Positions 20,109 to 32,133 are shown, counted from the first letter of the stretch. The stretch is DNA of 64,000 nucleotides from Actinomycetota bacterium (GCA_009702925.1 WLHC01000001.1:43205-107204), one strand, 5' to 3'. Notes: generated from the letters alone by a model not told the origin. Translations and numbers: made by a program.

Positions 20109-23100
20109 TTATGCCAACCACTTCTGTAAAGACTTAATACTTAACGTTGAACCCTGTAGAAATCTAATTCCTTGTACGGCTGCACTAAACCCCGCAATTG
20201 TGGTTATGCATGGAATTGAACGTTGAATCGCAACAGTACGAATAGCCCATCCATCTTCACGGGTGCCTCTTCCTACAGGCGTATTTATCACTAGATCTAT
20301 CTCTCCATTATTCATCATTTCGACAATTGTCTTCTCCCCTAGTGGGCCGGTTCCTTCAGAGTTTTTACGCACAGTCGTTGGATTTAATCCTCTAGAACGA
20401 AGATACTGTGCGGTGCCATCTGTTGCAAGAATTCGAAAGCCCAATGCAGCAAAACCTTTTGATGGTTCAATTCCAGAAGCTTTATCTTTATCTGCTAAGG
20501 AAATGAAGACAGTTCCAGACTTTGGTAATGGTCCAAAAGATGCGATTTGGGATTTTGCATAACTTTCACCAAATGTTGGAGCGATACCCATCACTTCACC
20601 GGTAGATCTCATTTCAGGCCCAAGGACAGCATCGACTCCTCGGCCATCTGTCCTACGAAAGCGATTCCACGGCAAAACTGCTTCTTTAACTGAAATACCG
20701 TGTGCAACACCATCGCCATTTGCTGGCAAGATGCCCAAATCACGGAGTTGAGGGATGGACTTACCCACTGAAATCATTGCTGCTGCTTTTGCAAGTGCCA
20801 CACCGGTTGCCTTACTAACAAAGGGCACGGTCCGCGAAGCACGAGGATTTGCTTCCAATACGTAGAGAATATTGTGTTCAATAGCGAACTGAATATTTAT
20901 CAAGCCCATTACTCCAACACCTCGTGCAATCTTTTCTGTCGCAACGCGGATCTCGTCTATTTGATCTGAGGTAATGGTCAAAGATGGTATGACGCATGCA
21001 CTATCGCCGCTGTGCACTCCTGCTTCTTCGATATGTTCCATGATTCCACCCAAAAACTGTTCATTACCGTCAAAGAGTGCATCTACATCTATCTCAATAG
21101 CATTGTCTAGAAAACGATCGACAAGCACTGGATGATCTGGTGTTATCTGTGTTGCTCGCGTTATGAATCCAGCAAGTGAATCGTCATCATAAACAATCTC
21201 CATACCCCTTCCACCTAGAACGAACGATGGACGAACAAGTACTGGATAGCCAATATTTTGTGCGATGGATTGAGCTTCTAACTGAGTCGATGCCATTCCA
21301 AATTGGGGGGCCTTTAGTGCTTGTTCTTGAAGAACTGCGCCAAATGCACCGCGCTCTTCGGCTAAATTAATCGCTTCTGGAGAAGTGCCCAAAATGGTTA
21401 CTCCATTCGCCTTCAAAGCAGCAGCTAATCCAAGAGGTGTCTGTCCACCTAGTTGAGTTATGACTCCTAAAACTGGCCCCGCCTGAGATTCAGCATGAAT
21501 AACTTCTAGAACATCTTCCAGTGTTAAAGGTTCAAAATATAAGCGACTGCTAGTGTCGTAATCCGTTGAAACGGTTTCAGGATTACAGTTAATCATTATT
21601 GTGTCATACCCGGCATCGCGTAATACAAACGAGGCATGAACACATGAATAGTCGAACTCGATTCCTTGACCGATTCGATTGGGACCGCTACCAAGAATAA
21701 TCACGGCTGGATTTGTGCGTGATCCAACCTCATTTTCTTCCTCATAGCTTGAATAGAAGTAAGGTGTAAATGCTTCAAACTCAGCCGCACAAGTGTCAAC
21801 AGTTTTGAAAACTGGACGAATAGCGAGTCTGTGGCGCAGAGTTCTAATTTCTTCCTCTGAAGTATTTCGTAAACCTGCTATTTGATTATCTGAGAAACCA
21901 TCGCCCTTAGCCTTTCGCAATAGTTTCTCTGTGAACTCCCCTGGTTGTGCTATCAAACGAGCTTGTTCGTTAATGAGTTCGATTTGATGCAAATACCAAG
22001 GATCTATTTTAGTGGCCGCATGAATCTCAGCAATTGTCGCACCTGCCCACATCGCCTTTTGAACCTGTTGAAGTCTGTACTCCGTGGGAGTTTTCATTGC
22101 AGACATCAAATCATTGAGCTCATCACTTGAAATCGAAGGCCAACTGAAAATGGCCTCTTTGCGTTCCAAAGATCGCAACGCCTTCAAAAGGGCCTCTGAG
22201 AACGAGCGTCCTATCGCCATAGCTTCGCCAACACTTTTCATCGTTGTAGTTAATCTCGGGTCGGCATCTGCAAACTTTTCGAAAGCAAATCGCGGAACTT
22301 TAACAACTACGTAATCTAATGTTGGTTCAAATGAGGCTGGAGTCACCTTGGTGATATCGTTTTGAATCTCATCGAGCGTGTAACCAATAGCAAGTTTTGT
22401 TGCAATCTTTGCAATCGGAAACCCAGTCGCCTTTGATGCTAAAGCACTCGATCTGGAGACTCTCGGATTCATCTCAATCACAATAATGCGACCATTTGAT
22501 GGGTTTACTGCATATTGAATATTGCAGCCACCTGTTTCAACTCCCACTTCTCGAATAATTTCGATAGATAAATCACGAAGCCTTTGGTATTCCACGTCTG
22601 TTAATGTCATTGCAGGTGCCACTGTTATTGAATCGCCCGTATGCACTCCCATTGGATCTAGGTTCTCAATGGAACAGACAATAACCACATTGTCTTTGTG
22701 ATCACGCATTACTTCTAATTCGTACTCTTTCCAGCCAATTATTGATTCTTCTAGTAAAACTTCAGAGGTAGGACTATGTCTGAGTCCAGCCCCGGCTATT
22801 TGGCGTAATTCAGATTCATTGAAAGCTATTCCAGAGCCGAGTCCACCCATTGTGAAAGATGGACGTACGACAACTGGATAGTTCAATTGGGCTACAGCAG
22901 CAAGTATTTCTTCCATATTGTGGCAAATTCTCGACTTCGCAGACTCCCCACCAACTTTCTCAACTATCTCTCGGAACAACTCTCGATTCTCACCGCGGTG
23001 TATCGCTTCAACGTCGGCTCCAATGAGTCGGACCCCATACTTTGAAAGAGTTCCGCGTTCAAAAAGAGCGATCGCAGCATTGAGAGCTGTTTGACCACCA

Positions 23101-23369
23101 AGGGTTGCAAGCACAGCATCGGGCTTTTCTTGAATAATTATCTTTTCAATAATCTCAGGTGTGATCGGTTCGATGAAAGTGGCATCTGCAAACTCTGGAT
23201 CGGTCATTATCGTTGCGGGATTTGAGTTAATAAGAATTACCCGGATGCCTTCGGCCCGAAGTACGCGGCATGCTTGTGTTCCCGAATAATCGAACTCACA
23301 TGCCTGCCCAATAACAATCGGACCTGAACCGATAACCAAGACCGATTTAATTGAAGTATCTAAAGGCAT
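20109..23369 (-). CDS. carB: Carbamoyl-phosphate synthase large chain
   Basis: [17 protein letters not shown], duplicated ATP-grasp domains, [10 protein letters not shown] and a C-terminal MGS domain. Confidence 0.98.
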   Translation of the reverse strand: MPLDTSIKSVLVIGSGPIVIGQACEFDYSGTQACRVLRAEGIRVILINSNPATIMTDPEFADATFIEPITPEIIEKIIIQEKPDAVLATLGGQTALNAAIALFERGTLSKYGVRLIGADVEAIHRGENRELFREIVEKVGGESAKSRICHNMEEILAAVAQLNYPVVVRPSFTMGGLGSGIAFNESELRQIAGAGLRHSPTSEVLLEESIIGWKEYELEVMRDHKDNVVIVCSIENLDPMGVHTGDSITVAPAMTLTDVEYQRLRDLSIEIIREVGVETGGCNIQYAVNPSNGRIIVIEMNPRVSRSSALASKATGFPIAKIATKLAIGYTLDEIQNDITKVTPASFEPTLDYVVVKVPRFAFEKFADADPRLTTTMKSVGEAMAIGRSFSEALLKALRSLERKEAIFSWPSISSDELNDLMSAMKTPTEYRLQQVQKAMWAGATIAEIHAATKIDPWYLHQIELINEQARLIAQPGEFTEKLLRKAKGDGFSDNQIAGLRNTSEEEIRTLRHRLAIRPVFKTVDTCAAEFEAFTPYFYSSYEEENEVGSRTNPAVIILGSGPNRIGQGIEFDYSCVHASFVLRDAGYDTIMINCNPETVSTDYDTSSRLYFEPLTLEDVLEVIHAESQAGPVLGVITQLGGQTPLGLAAALKANGVTILGTSPEAINLAEERGAFGAVLQEQALKAPQFGMASTQLEAQSIAQNIGYPVLVRPSFVLGGRGMEIVYDDDSLAGFITRATQITPDHPVLVDRFLDNAIEIDVDALFDGNEQFLGGIMEHIEEAGVHSGDSACVIPSLTITSDQIDEIRVATEKIARGVGVMGLINIQFAIEHNILYVLEANPRASRTVPFVSKATGVALAKAAAMISVGKSIPQLRDLGILPANGDGVAHGISVKEAVLPWNRFRRTDGRGVDAVLGPEMRSTGEVMGIAPTFGESYAKSQIASFGPLPKSGTVFISLADKDKASGIEPSKGFAALGFRILATDGTAQYLRSRGLNPTTVRKNSEGTGPLGEKTIVEMMNNGEIDLVINTPVGRGTREDGWAIRTVAIQRSIPCITTIAGFSAAVQGIRFLQGSTLSIKSLQKWLA

Positions 23370-24490
23370 TACACATTCACCCGCTTGTATTTCATCATGA
23401 GATCAACAAAACGATCGAAAAGATAGGCAGCATCGTGAGGTCCGGCTGCAGCCTCTGGATGATACTGAACAGAAAATGCTGGACGTTCTAATAAGGCAAG
23501 ACCTTCGACGACGCCATCATTGAGACAGAAATGAGTAACTTCACCGCGACCATAAACGGTAGAAAACTCCTTATCAATTGGTGCCTGAACAGCAAAACCA
23601 TGATTGTGAGCTGTTATTTCCACTTTTCCTGAAAGTTTGTCCATTACCGGCTGATTAATACCACGATGACCGAAAGCCAGCTTATAAGTTTCAAAACCAA
23701 GCGCTCTGCCAAGAATTTGATGACCAAAGCATATTCCGAAAATAGGAATCTCTTCTAATAACAAGGTTCGAACCGTTTCAACAACATCGCCCATTGTTGA
23801 GGGATCACCGGGGCCATTAGAAAGAAAGACACCATCTGGCTTAATCGCAAGAATCTCTTCAACTGTAGAGTTAAATGGCATGACATGAACCTGGACTCCA
23901 CGTTCGGATAAACCTTTCGGCGTCGCTCTCTTAATTCCCAAATCCAATGCAGCAACCACAAAACGTTTAGGCCCGATTGCTTCAACAATATAGCTCTGCT
24001 TTGTCGAAACATCCTCAACTAAATTTGCTCCCGCCATTGCTGGAATCTTACGAACCTCAACAACCATCTCCTCGCGAGAAAGGTTTAGGTCCGAAAATAT
24101 TCCAACGCGCATTGCCCCTCGATCGCGAATATGTCTGGTGATGGCGCGAGTATCGACTCCTTGAATTCCAATGATTTCCTGCTCAATTAACTCTGATTCT
24201 AAACTTTGGTGAGATCGCCAATTGGATGTCAATGAAGAAGGATTGCGGACAACAAAACCTGCAACCCAGATCTTTTCTGACTCATTGTCTTCTTTATTAA
24301 CGCCAGTATTGCCGATATGAGGGGCGGTCATAATCACAATCTGTTTTCTATATGAAGGATCAGTTAAGGTTTCTTGATAGCCTGTCATCCCAGTTTGAAA
24401 CACTGCTTCACCAAAAGTTTTTCCGGTGGCTGCCCAACTTTGCCCCTCAAAAATACGCCCATCATCAAAGACCAGATATGCACTACTCAT
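23369..24490 (-). CDS. carA: Carbamoyl-phosphate synthase small chain
   Basis: [29 protein letters not shown] and QYHPE. Confidence 0.97.
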   Translation of the reverse strand: MSSAYLVFDDGRIFEGQSWAATGKTFGEAVFQTGMTGYQETLTDPSYRKQIVIMTAPHIGNTGVNKEDNESEKIWVAGFVVRNPSSLTSNWRSHQSLESELIEQEIIGIQGVDTRAITRHIRDRGAMRVGIFSDLNLSREEMVVEVRKIPAMAGANLVEDVSTKQSYIVEAIGPKRFVVAALDLGIKRATPKGLSERGVQVHVMPFNSTVEEILAIKPDGVFLSNGPGDPSTMGDVVETVRTLLLEEIPIFGICFGHQILGRALGFETYKLAFGHRGINQPVMDKLSGKVEITAHNHGFAVQAPIDKEFSTVYGRGEVTHFCLNDGVVEGLALLERPAFSVQYHPEAAAGPHDAAYLFDRFVDLMMKYKRVNV

Positions 24491-25794
24491 TGCACATCTC
24501 CAATCTCTTGAACAACCGAATCAATTACAGTTGCTTGACCTTTATAGAAAGTATGCGTGACTACTCCTGGAAGTGTGAGCCCATGGTAGGGAGTATTTGT
24601 AGCCTTTGACATAGTTAAATCACGGTCGACTTGCCAATTCTTAGCAGGATCGATTACCACCAAGTTAGCAACGGTTCCAACAGTTATCTCCTGTCCCTGA
24701 TTTACATACCCACCTATTCGGGCTGGCGCGAATGACATTCGATCAGCGACTTGCCCCCAGCTCATTAACTTTGTGTCCACCATAGTTTTTTGAACAATAG
24801 AGAGCGCAGTTTCAAGTCCAAGCATCCCAAAGGTAGCTTCTTGCCATTCACACTCTTTTGATTCAACAGGATGAGGAGCGTGATCAGTCGCAACTATGTC
24901 GATGATCCCCTCTGAAAGAGCTTCACGAAGAGCATGGACATCATCACTTGTTCTAAGAGGTGGGTTGACTTTATAAACTGGGTCATAAGTGGTCGCAAGT
25001 TCATCGGTTAACAAAAGGTGATGCGGAGTAACTTCAGCAGTTACGTTGATACCACGTTGTTTTGCCCAACGAATAATTTCGACACCACCTGCTGTCGTTA
25101 CGTGGCAAATATGAAGCCGAGATTTAACGAGATCTGAAAGCAACACATCTCTTGCAATTATTGCCTCCTCGGCAACAGCGGGCCAACCCTTTAGTCCTAA
25201 ACGAGCCGAGATCTCCCCCTCGTTCATTTGAGCACCGATAGTCAAGCGAGGATCTTGCGCATGTTGTGCAATCACTCCTCCGAATTTCTTGACATATTCG
25301 AGAGCTCTTCGCATAAGCAGGGGATCAAAAACGCAGTTTCCATCATCGCTAAAAATTCGAACACGTGCCACAGAATCAGCCATGGAGCCGATTTCAGAAA
25401 GCGACTCGCCTAGTAAACCTTTTGTAACAGCTCCTATAGGAAATACATCTAGATAGCCCGCCGCTTGACCCAATCTATAAACTTGTTCAACAACTCCAGC
25501 TGTGTCTGCAACAGGTGATGTGTTAGCCATGGCAGATAATGCTGTGAAGCCGCCTTTTGCCCCGGCCCTGCTTCCTGTGAGAACAGTTTCTGCATCTTCA
25601 CGTCCTGGCTCTCTTAAATGCGTATGTAAATCAACCAGCCCTGGTAGGACTCGACTGCCATCAGTATTGATTACTACATGGGAATCTGGCGTAAAGCTTT
25701 GAGAAATCGAGGTAATAACGCCATCTTCGATTGCGATATCTCGTTTGTCACCGTTAGGTAAGACTACTGACTTAAGAACATACTTTGTACTCAT
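24487..25794 (-). CDS. pyrC: Dihydroorotase
   Basis: PGLVDLHTHLREPG, EVTPHHL, KVNPPLR and ATDHAPH. Confidence 0.96.
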   Translation of the reverse strand: MSTKYVLKSVVLPNGDKRDIAIEDGVITSISQSFTPDSHVVINTDGSRVLPGLVDLHTHLREPGREDAETVLTGSRAGAKGGFTALSAMANTSPVADTAGVVEQVYRLGQAAGYLDVFPIGAVTKGLLGESLSEIGSMADSVARVRIFSDDGNCVFDPLLMRRALEYVKKFGGVIAQHAQDPRLTIGAQMNEGEISARLGLKGWPAVAEEAIIARDVLLSDLVKSRLHICHVTTAGGVEIIRWAKQRGINVTAEVTPHHLLLTDELATTYDPVYKVNPPLRTSDDVHALREALSEGIIDIVATDHAPHPVESKECEWQEATFGMLGLETALSIVQKTMVDTKLMSWGQVADRMSFAPARIGGYVNQGQEITVGTVANLVVIDPAKNWQVDRDLTMSKATNTPYHGLTLPGVVTHTFYKGQATVIDSVVQEIGDVQ

Positions 25795-26742
25795 TTAAAT
25801 ACTCCCAACATCAAGAGGAGCTCCGGCAAGGAGAACATAGAGGATAGCCATTCTTACTGTGACACCATTTGACACCTGTTCCGTGATCACCGATCGCGCG
25901 CTATCTGCCACCTCTGCAGAGATTTCTAGACCACGATTCATTGGACCTGGATGCATGATTAGTGAAGCAGGTTTAAGAGATTTCATCCGTTCTGAATTTA
26001 GTCCGTAATAACGTGAGTACTCACGAGCATTAGGGAAAAACAGCTCAGTCATTCTTTCTTGTTGAACTCTCAACATCATCACTGCATCTACATAAGGCAA
26101 AACCGAATCGAAATCATAAGAAACAGTACACGGCCATTTGTCTATACCAATCGGCAGCAAAGTAGGAGGAGCTACCAATGTCACTTTCGCTCCTAAGAGC
26201 GCGAGAAGTAAAACATTTGATCTTGCCACTCGAGAATGAAGAATGTCTCCAACTATTGCAACATGTAGCCCCTGCAAATCACCGGATCCCTTTCCTAAAT
26301 GTTTGCGAATGGTGAAGGCGTCTAAAAGTGCTTGACTGGGATGTTCATGAGTTCCATCTCCTGCATTGATCACAGCTCCCGACATCCATTGATTATCGGC
26401 TAATCTCTGGGCTGCGCCCGATGCACTATGGCGAATTACTACAGCATCTGCACCTATTGCCTGAAGGGTCATAGCCGTGTCTTTAAGAGATTCTCCTTTA
26501 CTAATACTTGAACCTTTTGCTGAAAAATTGATTACATCGGCAGACAATCTTTTTGCTGCAGCTTCAAAAGAAATCCTTGTCCGAGTTGAGTCTTCGGCAA
26601 ATAGGTTGACTACTGTTCTTCCCCGTAGCGTGGGCAGTTTCTTCATTTGTCCATCATTAATCCGAGACAGTTCTGTGGCAGTATCTAAAATGCCAATAGC
26701 ATCTTGAACATTCATGTCTTCGATGGAGAGCAAATGCTTCAT
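25795..26742 (-). CDS. pyrB: Aspartate carbamoyltransferase catalytic subunit
   Basis: [27 protein letters not shown] and MHPGPMNRG. Confidence 0.97.
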   Translation of the reverse strand: MKHLLSIEDMNVQDAIGILDTATELSRINDGQMKKLPTLRGRTVVNLFAEDSTRTRISFEAAAKRLSADVINFSAKGSSISKGESLKDTAMTLQAIGADAVVIRHSASGAAQRLADNQWMSGAVINAGDGTHEHPSQALLDAFTIRKHLGKGSGDLQGLHVAIVGDILHSRVARSNVLLLALLGAKVTLVAPPTLLPIGIDKWPCTVSYDFDSVLPYVDAVMMLRVQQERMTELFFPNAREYSRYYGLNSERMKSLKPASLIMHPGPMNRGLEISAEVADSARSVITEQVSNGVTVRMAILYVLLAGAPLDVGSI

Positions 26743-27275
26743 GATTGTCTCCGATTCTCGATGACAACTTCATCGCGGCCATCTATCTCAGTTAGAGATA
26801 CTCGGATCGACTGATCTAGTGAGGAAGGCAGGTTCTTACCTACAAAATCGGCTTTAATGGGGAGTTCACGATGACCTCTATCAACAAGTACTGCCAATTG
26901 GACAGTTTTTGGCCGGCCAACTTCGCCCAAAGCATCAAGTGCTGAGCGGATTGTTCGACCCGAAAAGAGAACATCATCAATCAGCACAACATCTTTACCC
27001 TCAATGCCCGACTGTGGAATTAATGTTGGCATGATAGATCGAGGAGGACGCAACCTAAGATCATCTCGATGTAAAGTTATGTCGAGTGTTCCACAAGGTA
27101 TAGTTGTTCCCTCTATATTGGCCATAATCTCTGCAACACGTAAAGCCAGATGAGCACCACGCGTAGGAATTCCAAGCAAAACTAAATTTGATGAGCCATG
27201 GTTTCGCTCTAAAATTTCATGGGAGATGCGCGTTAGCGCCCGAGATATGTCTTCAGCAGACAAGACAACATTCAT
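26739..27275 (-). CDS. pyrR: Pyrimidine operon regulator / UPRTase
   Basis: [34 protein letters not shown] and DRGHRELPI. Confidence 0.96.
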   Translation of the reverse strand: MNVVLSAEDISRALTRISHEILERNHGSSNLVLLGIPTRGAHLALRVAEIMANIEGTTIPCGTLDITLHRDDLRLRPPRSIMPTLIPQSGIEGKDVVLIDDVLFSGRTIRSALDALGEVGRPKTVQLAVLVDRGHRELPIKADFVGKNLPSSLDQSIRVSLTEIDGRDEVVIENRRQS

Positions 27276-27282
27276 TTAAATC

Positions 27283-27317
27283 TCCTTTCCCACCTCTCTG
27301 GATGGGTTGTTAAAGGA
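27283..27317 (-). promoter_or_regulatory. PyrR-binding RNA hairpin overlapping the pyrR Shine-Dalgarno sequence
   Basis: Minus strand reads UCCUUUAA-CAACCC-AUCCAGAGAGGU-GGG-AAAGGA-GAUUUAAAUG. This has the CUUUAA internal loop and the UCCAGAGAGG terminal-loop consensus. The 5' UCCUUU pairs with the SD. A -10 TATAGT lies at 27328-27333(-). Confidence 0.85.
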
Positions 27318-27399
27318 TGCGCTGCGAACTATAGCATCCCCACGACTTCTTGTGGATAAGCCAAACCTCGAGCCGTATTCCTCGACTAGCGTGATGGAT

Positions 27400-27873
27400 A
27401 TGGATAAATTAGACAAGCAGGAAGAGATTCTCAAGGTATGCAAAAGGTTACGTAGCCTACGAGAAGCTAAAGCTATGACCTTACTAGATGTCGAAAAACG
27501 ATCAGAGGGTGAAGTCACTGCCATCGCACTTGGTAGCTATGAGCGAGGACACAGACAAATAAGTGTTTCCAAACTTCTACAAATTGCCAGAATCTATGGA
27601 GTTCCAGCTTCCGATATTTTGACTCAGAAAGCGGAGCGAGTAGAACCAACGCGCATAACCTTTGATCTGCGAAAGATTGGCCAGAGTACGCTTTCCGAAT
27701 CCGTAAAGCTGGCCCTTGTACTAAATGAGATTGCTCAAATACGTGGAGATTGGAATGGTGAACTGATCTCAATACGGGCTGATGACCTTACGAATTTCTC
27801 CTTATTCACTGGATTATCAGCAATAGAAATACAGTCCTCTATTAGCAAGTATTCAATCCCTAGATTGAAATAG
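27400..27873 (+). CDS. bldD: BldD-family XRE-HTH regulator with c-di-GMP-binding C-terminal domain
   Basis: RLRSLR...TLLDVEKRS.G...LGSYERG.R.ISV..L..A..YGVP, plus CTD RGD-WNGELISI-RADD. Canonical position between pyrR and nusB. TAGCGT lies 7 nt upstream of ATG 27400. Confidence 0.85.
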   Translation: MDKLDKQEEILKVCKRLRSLREAKAMTLLDVEKRSEGEVTAIALGSYERGHRQISVSKLLQIARIYGVPASDILTQKAERVEPTRITFDLRKIGQSTLSESVKLALVLNEIAQIRGDWNGELISIRADDLTNFSLFTGLSAIEIQSSISKYSIPRLK

Positions 27874-28282
27874 AAGCCTTAAGCGATGCGATTCGACCAA
27901 GTACGCCGTGAATATATTTTGATGACTCATCACTCGATAGCTCTTTAGCAAGGTTTAATGCCTCATCGATTGAAACACTAGTAGGTACCGCCGTGCTCCA
28001 TAGCATTTCGTAGATACCAATTCTCAGGATATTTCGATCAACAGCAGGCAAGCGGTCCATATCCCAACCCTGGGCATAGGTCATGATCAATTCATCTATT
28101 TTTCTTCGGTTCTCAACTACACCTGATATGAGATCACGTGTGTATTGACGAATTGGTCTGGCATCTGGTCCTTCATCTGGAATATCCCGTTGTTCTAAAG
28201 TTTGCAGAGCATCACTTCCGCGGATATCGGATTCGTACAATATGTCCAGCGCCTGTTTGCGCGCTTTACTACGAGCAGACAC
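27860..28282 (-). CDS. nusB: Transcription antitermination factor NusB
   Basis: ARSKARKQAL, W..DRLPAVDRNILR, IDEA..LAK..S and YIHGVL. Confidence 0.96.
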   Translation of the reverse strand: MSARSKARKQALDILYESDIRGSDALQTLEQRDIPDEGPDARPIRQYTRDLISGVVENRRKIDELIMTYAQGWDMDRLPAVDRNILRIGIYEMLWSTAVPTSVSIDEALNLAKELSSDESSKYIHGVLGRIASLKASISI

Positions 28283-28842
28283 TAGTTAGCGCGACCTTGA
28301 TATGACCCATCGCGAGTGTCAACCAAGATGATTTCATCCTGCTTGATAAATAGTGGGACAGCTACCTCAATGCCGGTTTCTACGGTAGCTGGCTTAGTGC
28401 CACCTGAGGACCGATCACCCTGAATACCTGGTTCTGTGTAAGTAATTTTGAGTGGAACCGATGCAGCGAGCTCGATGTACAAAGGATTACCTTCATTTAC
28501 TGCAACGATCGCTTCAGTATTTTCTAGCATGTAATTTGCTGCATCTCCAACAGTTGCTTGCGAAATAGTCATCTGATCATAGGTTTTTGTATCCATGAAA
28601 ACGAAATCATCACCCTCTTTATAGAGATACTGCATTTCACGTTTTTCAAGTATTGCTACATCAACCTTGACCCCTGCGTTGTATGTTCGATCGATTACTT
28701 TTCCAGTAAGTACAGACTTCAATTTAGTGCGGACAAATGCAGGACCTTTTCCTGGTTTTACGTGCTGAAACTCAACAACGGTCCATAGTTGGCCTTCTAT
28801 GTCCAGGCACATTCCATTTTTTAAATCATTAGTTGTTGACAC
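28282..28842 (-). CDS. efp: Elongation factor P
   Basis: [25 protein letters not shown] and KPATVETG. Confidence 0.97.
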   Translation of the reverse strand: MSTTNDLKNGMCLDIEGQLWTVVEFQHVKPGKGPAFVRTKLKSVLTGKVIDRTYNAGVKVDVAILEKREMQYLYKEGDDFVFMDTKTYDQMTISQATVGDAANYMLENTEAIVAVNEGNPLYIELAASVPLKITYTEPGIQGDRSSGGTKPATVETGIEVAVPLFIKQDEIILVDTRDGSYQGRAN

Positions 28843-28922
28843 AGCTGCTCCACCCGCTCTTTACTCTAATTTTATGTCATATCGAAGGGATAAGGATACC
28901 TGCAGTTAATGACCGTTTCGTA

Positions 28923-29357
28923 CTATCGAGAAACCAAGTTTGTGAGGGCAATTATCGCCAAAACATAAGAATTTGGACCAAAGCCACCAATCGTTCCATT
29001 TGCAACTCCAGAAATTACTGAAGTATGGCGAAACTCTTCTCGAGCTAAAGGATTGGACAAATGAACTTCAATTAAAGGGGCTTTTACCAGCTCAGCAGCA
29101 TCACGAATAGCGTATGAATAGTGCGTAAATGCCGCCGGATTAATGATTACTGGCGTATTTGCATCTGCAGCCTCATGTAACCATCCAATGATTGTCGCCT
29201 CATCATCACTCTGACGAACATCGGCCTGAAAACCATGCTTTGTCGCAGCAATCTCAATCATCGATTTCAATTCACTGTAGTTAAGGTCTCCGTACATGGA
29301 AGAATCGCGTATATCAAGGCGCGCAAGATTAGGTCCGTTCAATACAAGAATCTTCAT
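28923..29357 (-). CDS. aroQ: Type II 3-dehydroquinate dehydratase
   Basis: LNGPNL, INPAAFTHYS and EVHLSNP.AREEFRH.S. Confidence 0.96.
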   Translation of the reverse strand: MKILVLNGPNLARLDIRDSSMYGDLNYSELKSMIEIAATKHGFQADVRQSDDEATIIGWLHEAADANTPVIINPAAFTHYSYAIRDAAELVKAPLIEVHLSNPLAREEFRHTSVISGVANGTIGGFGPNSYVLAIIALTNLVSR

Positions 29358-30409
29358 GACGAAATTCTCTCATAGGCCTCATCAAGTTCATTGGAGGTTA
29401 AATCTTCAAGACGAGATGTTGAACCCAAACCGGTGAGCGTAACAAATCGTATGGTAGCCCCACGCGATTTCTTATCAAGTGCCAGTATCGGCCGCAAAGT
29501 CGGCCAAGCTGTGCGATCGTAGGTAATTGGAAGGCTCAAGTTTGAAAGCAAATTTCTATGCATTGCAAGAATCTCTGAAGAGATTAAGGAACGAGCAGCG
29601 GCCAATTCTGCGGCATATACAAGACCAATAGATACGGCTTCTCCATGGCGAAGCTTAAACTTAGAATGGATCTCGACTGCGTGTCCCAGAGTATGGCCGT
29701 AATTAAGTATTTCTCGAGCAAAGCTTTCTTTGAAATCAACAGATACAACTTCAGCCTTCACTTTTGCGGCCCGATAAACGAGATCTACAGTCTTTGAACC
29801 ATCGGCTCGCAGTTTTTCTAGGTTTGTATCGGATGCGATCTCGAGAATTTTTGGATCTGCGATAAAGCCACATTTGATCACTTCGGCCATTCCTGCAGAA
29901 AAATCTCTATCTGAGAGCGTCTTTAGCCAGCTCGGATCAATCACGACAGCAACAGGTGAATGAAAAGAGCCAATCAAGTTTTTCCCAAAGTCAGAGTTAA
30001 TTGCAGTCTTTCCGCCTATTGCCGCATCAACCATTCCTGCTAATGAAGTAGGTACGGCTACCCAATCAATACCTCTGAGCCAAGTAGCCGCAGCAAATCC
30101 GGAGAGGTCAGTAAGGGCTCCCCCGCCAATTGCAACGATCAAATCATTTCTGGTGAAACCGGCAGCGCCCAACCAATTCCAGATTGAATTAAGCGTCGCA
30201 AATGTTTTGCCATCTTCGCCATCTGGAACTTTAAATTGATGCACCTCTGATTCCAGGTTCAATAGATCCCCAAGATCTGGGGAGAAAGATGATGAAGTAA
30301 TGAAGGCCGTCTTAGTACGACCCTGCATCAAAAGAGCTATCTCTTCTCTCCAGTGAACATCAATTTGTATTTCGTATACATGGTCGGCTCTAATGGATAA
30401 TTTTCTCAA
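29354..30409 (-). CDS. aroB: 3-dehydroquinate synthase
   Basis: GGGALTDLSGF, PTSL.GMVDAAIGGKT, LNYGHTLGH and HGEAV. Confidence 0.96.
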   Translation of the reverse strand: MRKLSIRADHVYEIQIDVHWREEIALLMQGRTKTAFITSSSFSPDLGDLLNLESEVHQFKVPDGEDGKTFATLNSIWNWLGAAGFTRNDLIVAIGGGALTDLSGFAAATWLRGIDWVAVPTSLAGMVDAAIGGKTAINSDFGKNLIGSFHSPVAVVIDPSWLKTLSDRDFSAGMAEVIKCGFIADPKILEIASDTNLEKLRADGSKTVDLVYRAAKVKAEVVSVDFKESFAREILNYGHTLGHAVEIHSKFKLRHGEAVSIGLVYAAELAAARSLISSEILAMHRNLLSNLSLPITYDRTAWPTLRPILALDKKSRGATIRFVTLTGLGSTSRLEDLTSNELDEAYERISS

Positions 30410-30921
30410 TTTAACACCGCTTCAAAATTTGGAATAATTTGACTAACAATTTCCTCAACCTTCATATCATCCACTTTAATGCTCAAGGTTGCCAATGAAT
30501 GGTAAATAGGTTTGCGAATTTCATTAAGAGCCTGCCACTGCGCCCTTGGATTTCCAAGAAGTAAAGGACGATCTCTATTGAAACCCACACGAGGCGCTGC
30601 TGCAGCTAGAGAGATATCAAGAAAAACGACAAACACATTCGAAGCCGTGATCAGCTCTTGAGATTGCTCTTTAATCGGAGCACCGCCCCCAAGACTAATT
30701 ACGCAATTGGGCAACTGTAGAACTTCTTGCAAAACGATGTACTCGAGATTACGGAATGCATCTTCGCCCTCATCAACGAAGATTTCCCCAATCTTCTTTT
30801 GAGACTTTTCTTCAATCATGGAATCTGTATCGAAAAAGGATCTTTTTAGTCGGCGAGCTAATGCTTTGCCAACCGTACTTTTTCCACTTCCTGGAGGACC
30901 AATCAAGACTATCGATTTCAT
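30406..30921 (-). CDS. aroK: Shikimate kinase
   Basis: GPPGSGKST, DTD, GE..FR..E, SLGGG and RPLL. Confidence 0.95.
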   Translation of the reverse strand: MKSIVLIGPPGSGKSTVGKALARRLKRSFFDTDSMIEEKSQKKIGEIFVDEGEDAFRNLEYIVLQEVLQLPNCVISLGGGAPIKEQSQELITASNVFVVFLDISLAAAAPRVGFNRDRPLLLGNPRAQWQALNEIRKPIYHSLATLSIKVDDMKVEEIVSQIIPNFEAVLN

Positions 30922-30926
30922 TGGAA

Positions 30927-32108
30927 CTACTTATAGTTCAACGTGGCCATATATGATTCAAAATTGCGACGCGTCTCAGTCACTGAATCTCCACCAAACT
31001 TTTCTAGAACAGCCTCAGCAAGAACTAGTGCAACCATCGCTTCTGCAACAACGCCTGCTGCAGGAACAGCGCAGACATCTGACCGTTGATTAATCGCCTT
31101 TGCAGCTTCACCGGTTGATACATCAACCGTGTCTAGCGCTTTAGGAACTGTGGAAATTGGTTTCATAGCTGCTCTCACTCGCAAGATTTCACCGTTAGAC
31201 ATTCCACCCTCGGTCCCACCAGCTCGATCGGTGCGACGAACAATTAAACCAGCTTGGTTTTTTTCGATTTCATCGTGTGCAACAGAACCCCGGCGCATCG
31301 CAGTTTGAAAACCGTCGCCAATTTCCACGCCTTTAATAGCCTGAATACCCATAATCGCACCAGCTAACCGTGCGTCTAAACGTCGATCCCAATGCACATG
31401 TGAACCTAAACCTGGTGGCATATTAAAAGCTAAAACTTCAACTACTCCACCTAATGTATCTCCATCACGATGTGCAGCTTCTATCTCTGCAACCATTTTT
31501 GCACTTGTTTTTGAGTCTGAACAACGTACTGGATCAGCATCGACTCTCTCCATGTCCGAAGAAGTCGGCAGTGGAGAATCTTCGTCGACACGAACAGGAC
31601 CGATGGAAAGAACATGACTTAAGATTGTTATTCCGACCGACTGCTCCAAGAAATTTCGAGCGACCGCCCCTAATGCAACCCGAGAGGCTGTTTCCCGAGC
31701 ACTGGCTCGTTCTAAAATTGGACGGGCGTCACTAAAATTATATTTTTGCATCCCTACTAAATCCGCATGCCCTGGGCGTGGACGTGTTAACGGAGCATTA
31801 CGCGCTAAATTTTCAATCTCTTCACTAGGCACGGGATTTGCCGACATAACTTTTTCCCATTTCGGCCACTCTGAATTATCGATTTGAATCGCAATGGGCC
31901 CACCTTGGGTTAACCCGAGTCTTACTCCGCCAAGGATAGTTACCTTATCGGCTTCAAAGTTTTGTCGGGCACCTCTTCCAACTCCCAAGCGGCGGCGGCG
32001 AAGATGAAAATCAATGTCTGCCGTATTCAAGGAAACCGAAGCAGGGATTCCTTCTACGATCGCACTTAAAGCTTGACCATGTGACTCACCTGCAGTTAAC
32101 CAACGCAT
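30927..32108 (-). CDS. aroC: Chorismate synthase
   Basis: [38 protein letters not shown] and RSDVC. Confidence 0.97.
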   Translation of the reverse strand: MRWLTAGESHGQALSAIVEGIPASVSLNTADIDFHLRRRRLGVGRGARQNFEADKVTILGGVRLGLTQGGPIAIQIDNSEWPKWEKVMSANPVPSEEIENLARNAPLTRPRPGHADLVGMQKYNFSDARPILERASARETASRVALGAVARNFLEQSVGITILSHVLSIGPVRVDEDSPLPTSSDMERVDADPVRCSDSKTSAKMVAEIEAAHRDGDTLGGVVEVLAFNMPPGLGSHVHWDRRLDARLAGAIMGIQAIKGVEIGDGFQTAMRRGSVAHDEIEKNQAGLIVRRTDRAGGTEGGMSNGEILRVRAAMKPISTVPKALDTVDVSTGEAAKAINQRSDVCAVPAAGVVAEAMVALVLAEAVLEKFGGDSVTETRRNFESYMATLNYK

Positions 32109-32133
32109 GTGCCTATTCTTGCAGATCCGGGGC

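Noticed and set aside
27276-27772. Minus-strand ORFs 27276-27524 and 27515-27772 as possible pyr leader peptides
   Set aside because: They are antisense to bldD and start upstream of the predicted pyr promoter. They have no recognisable motifs.
28730-28770. EF-P loop PGKGP with no modification enzymes nearby
   Set aside because: This is the known actinobacterial EF-P type that works without modification, so it is not novel.
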